From assembly GCF_006345805.1 (NCBI RefSeq), contig NC_043003.1, positions 92,318,001-92,382,000 on the forward strand: a DNA stretch of 64,000 nt. Reading direction: 5' to 3'. Both the position numbers and the translations under genes were made by a program. Position 1 is the first letter of the stretch, and every line of letters starts with the position of its first letter. The stretch is from Octopus sinensis (taxonomy: Eukaryota). This document shows positions 62,834-64,000 of the stretch, one piece after another. The notes beneath the pieces were generated by a model that saw nothing but the letters and a program-made list of their open reading frames with translations, did no database searches and was not told the origin of the DNA.

Positions 62834-64000
62834 TATTCCATGTTGCATTCTGAGATGCAGCACGGAATTTTGTCAATAAAGCCAAGAGAAAAAGATGTTT
62901 TATAAACACATTTTACCAGTATACGAAGTTTAAAATTTTTTAGTTACCTAGAAATTATGTTAAAAACTGCCGTTCAAACTGAAAAGATCCGAACAATGTT
63001 ATACACACATTTAGATAAATCCCATTTGACTGATAACCTCACCTTCACTCACAGGTGCGGTGTTTCTCCCAATCTTTTCTCTCTACTTATTTTAATACTA
63101 CTATAAGAACCCCTGCACGTCTGAACAAGTAACTGAATATTTTCTCCATTCAGACCCACCAAATTTATCTGACACTCTTTTCGTCACTCACTTTTGTGTC
63201 TCACTTTCCTGATTCCACACTTAAGCCCTTTGCTTAATATCTTCACTGGAAATCTTTAGTTTGGAAAAAGTAGGGTAGTGACTGTAAAAAGGAGGGGGCA
63301 GATGCATCTAATAGATTATTAAAATTTGATTCTGTAAAAGACATTCAAAGATTGGTATGAAAACAATATAGATTTCTTTTGGCTGGTCTCAAAGTTAATC
63401 TTTGCAGAGGAGGGATGTTTTTCATTGAATTGTATAGTGTATTACTGGTATTTTTTAAGGATGACTCAGTGATAATGACAATTGAAGTCAAATTGAATAT
63501 CACTAGTACTTATTTTATCCAGTTACTGCCATGACTTACTAAAAATAACAACAAAAAAAGTAAAGAAAATAACAAGAAAGTAAAGAAAGTCTAGACAGGA
63601 TTTGAAACAGGATATATAACCAGACTGAAGGCAACTGTAAGCCAATAGTTGTCAAAATGTGTGCCACAGTACGTAGGCGGTAGAGCAATGGATATCAAGG
63701 TGCCTTAGAGATTTTTTTAAAAATATAATTTAAAACTTAAAAAAAAATTCCTTATGAACCTTGGGGGGTGTGCTCTGACACCTTATCACTATTATTATTT
63801 CTCTTTCCAGCTTCAACCCTATTACTCCTACTCACCCTTATATAATGCAAGGTACCCATGTATCGCCTGTGCAACAAGAAACCAGTACTTGATCCTCTAT
63901 TAAATATGTACCATAATACTACCTCTCTCTCGCTCTCTCTCTCTCTCTATATATATATACATCTCCACTCAGTTGAGGAAGCATTTTAATCTTGAGAATA

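Overview
AT-rich, microsatellite- and transposon-dense eukaryotic DNA. The repeat families look like those of an octopus (coleoid cephalopod); this is recognition from memory, not a database result. The one host gene I can support is an ASPP (TP53BP2/PPP1R13B-family) orthologue on the minus strand. Seven exons (38032-37756, 33851-33652, 29750-27921, 22490-22357, 19797-19631, 17958-17759, 16701-16654) have GT-AG boundaries and matching phases. They splice into 2856 nt (951 aa plus stop): coiled coil, long S/N/T-rich linker, RVxF, ankyrin repeats, SH3. The N-terminal RA/ubiquitin-like exons were not found. The rest is mobile DNA: an RTE LINE 3' half plus many truncated tails, a Tx1/L1-clade LINE fused head-to-head to an inverted relative, two mariners, non-autonomous Helitrons, Penelope-like (PLE) remnants, at least three tRNA-derived SINE families, and Tigger, hAT, CR1-like and REL-type relics. 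The most unusual signals are (1) minimal hammerhead-ribozyme motifs in PLE-type repeats, two of which carry a swapped G3-C8 core pair (GUGAACA instead of CUGANGA), (2) recurrent fold-back inverted repeats, some inside the ASPP transcription unit, and (3) repeated use of one SINE's internal (TA)n tract as an insertion site. No CRISPR array, rRNA or true tRNA gene is supported. All alignments were done by eye, and repeat boundaries are approximate unless termini are quoted.
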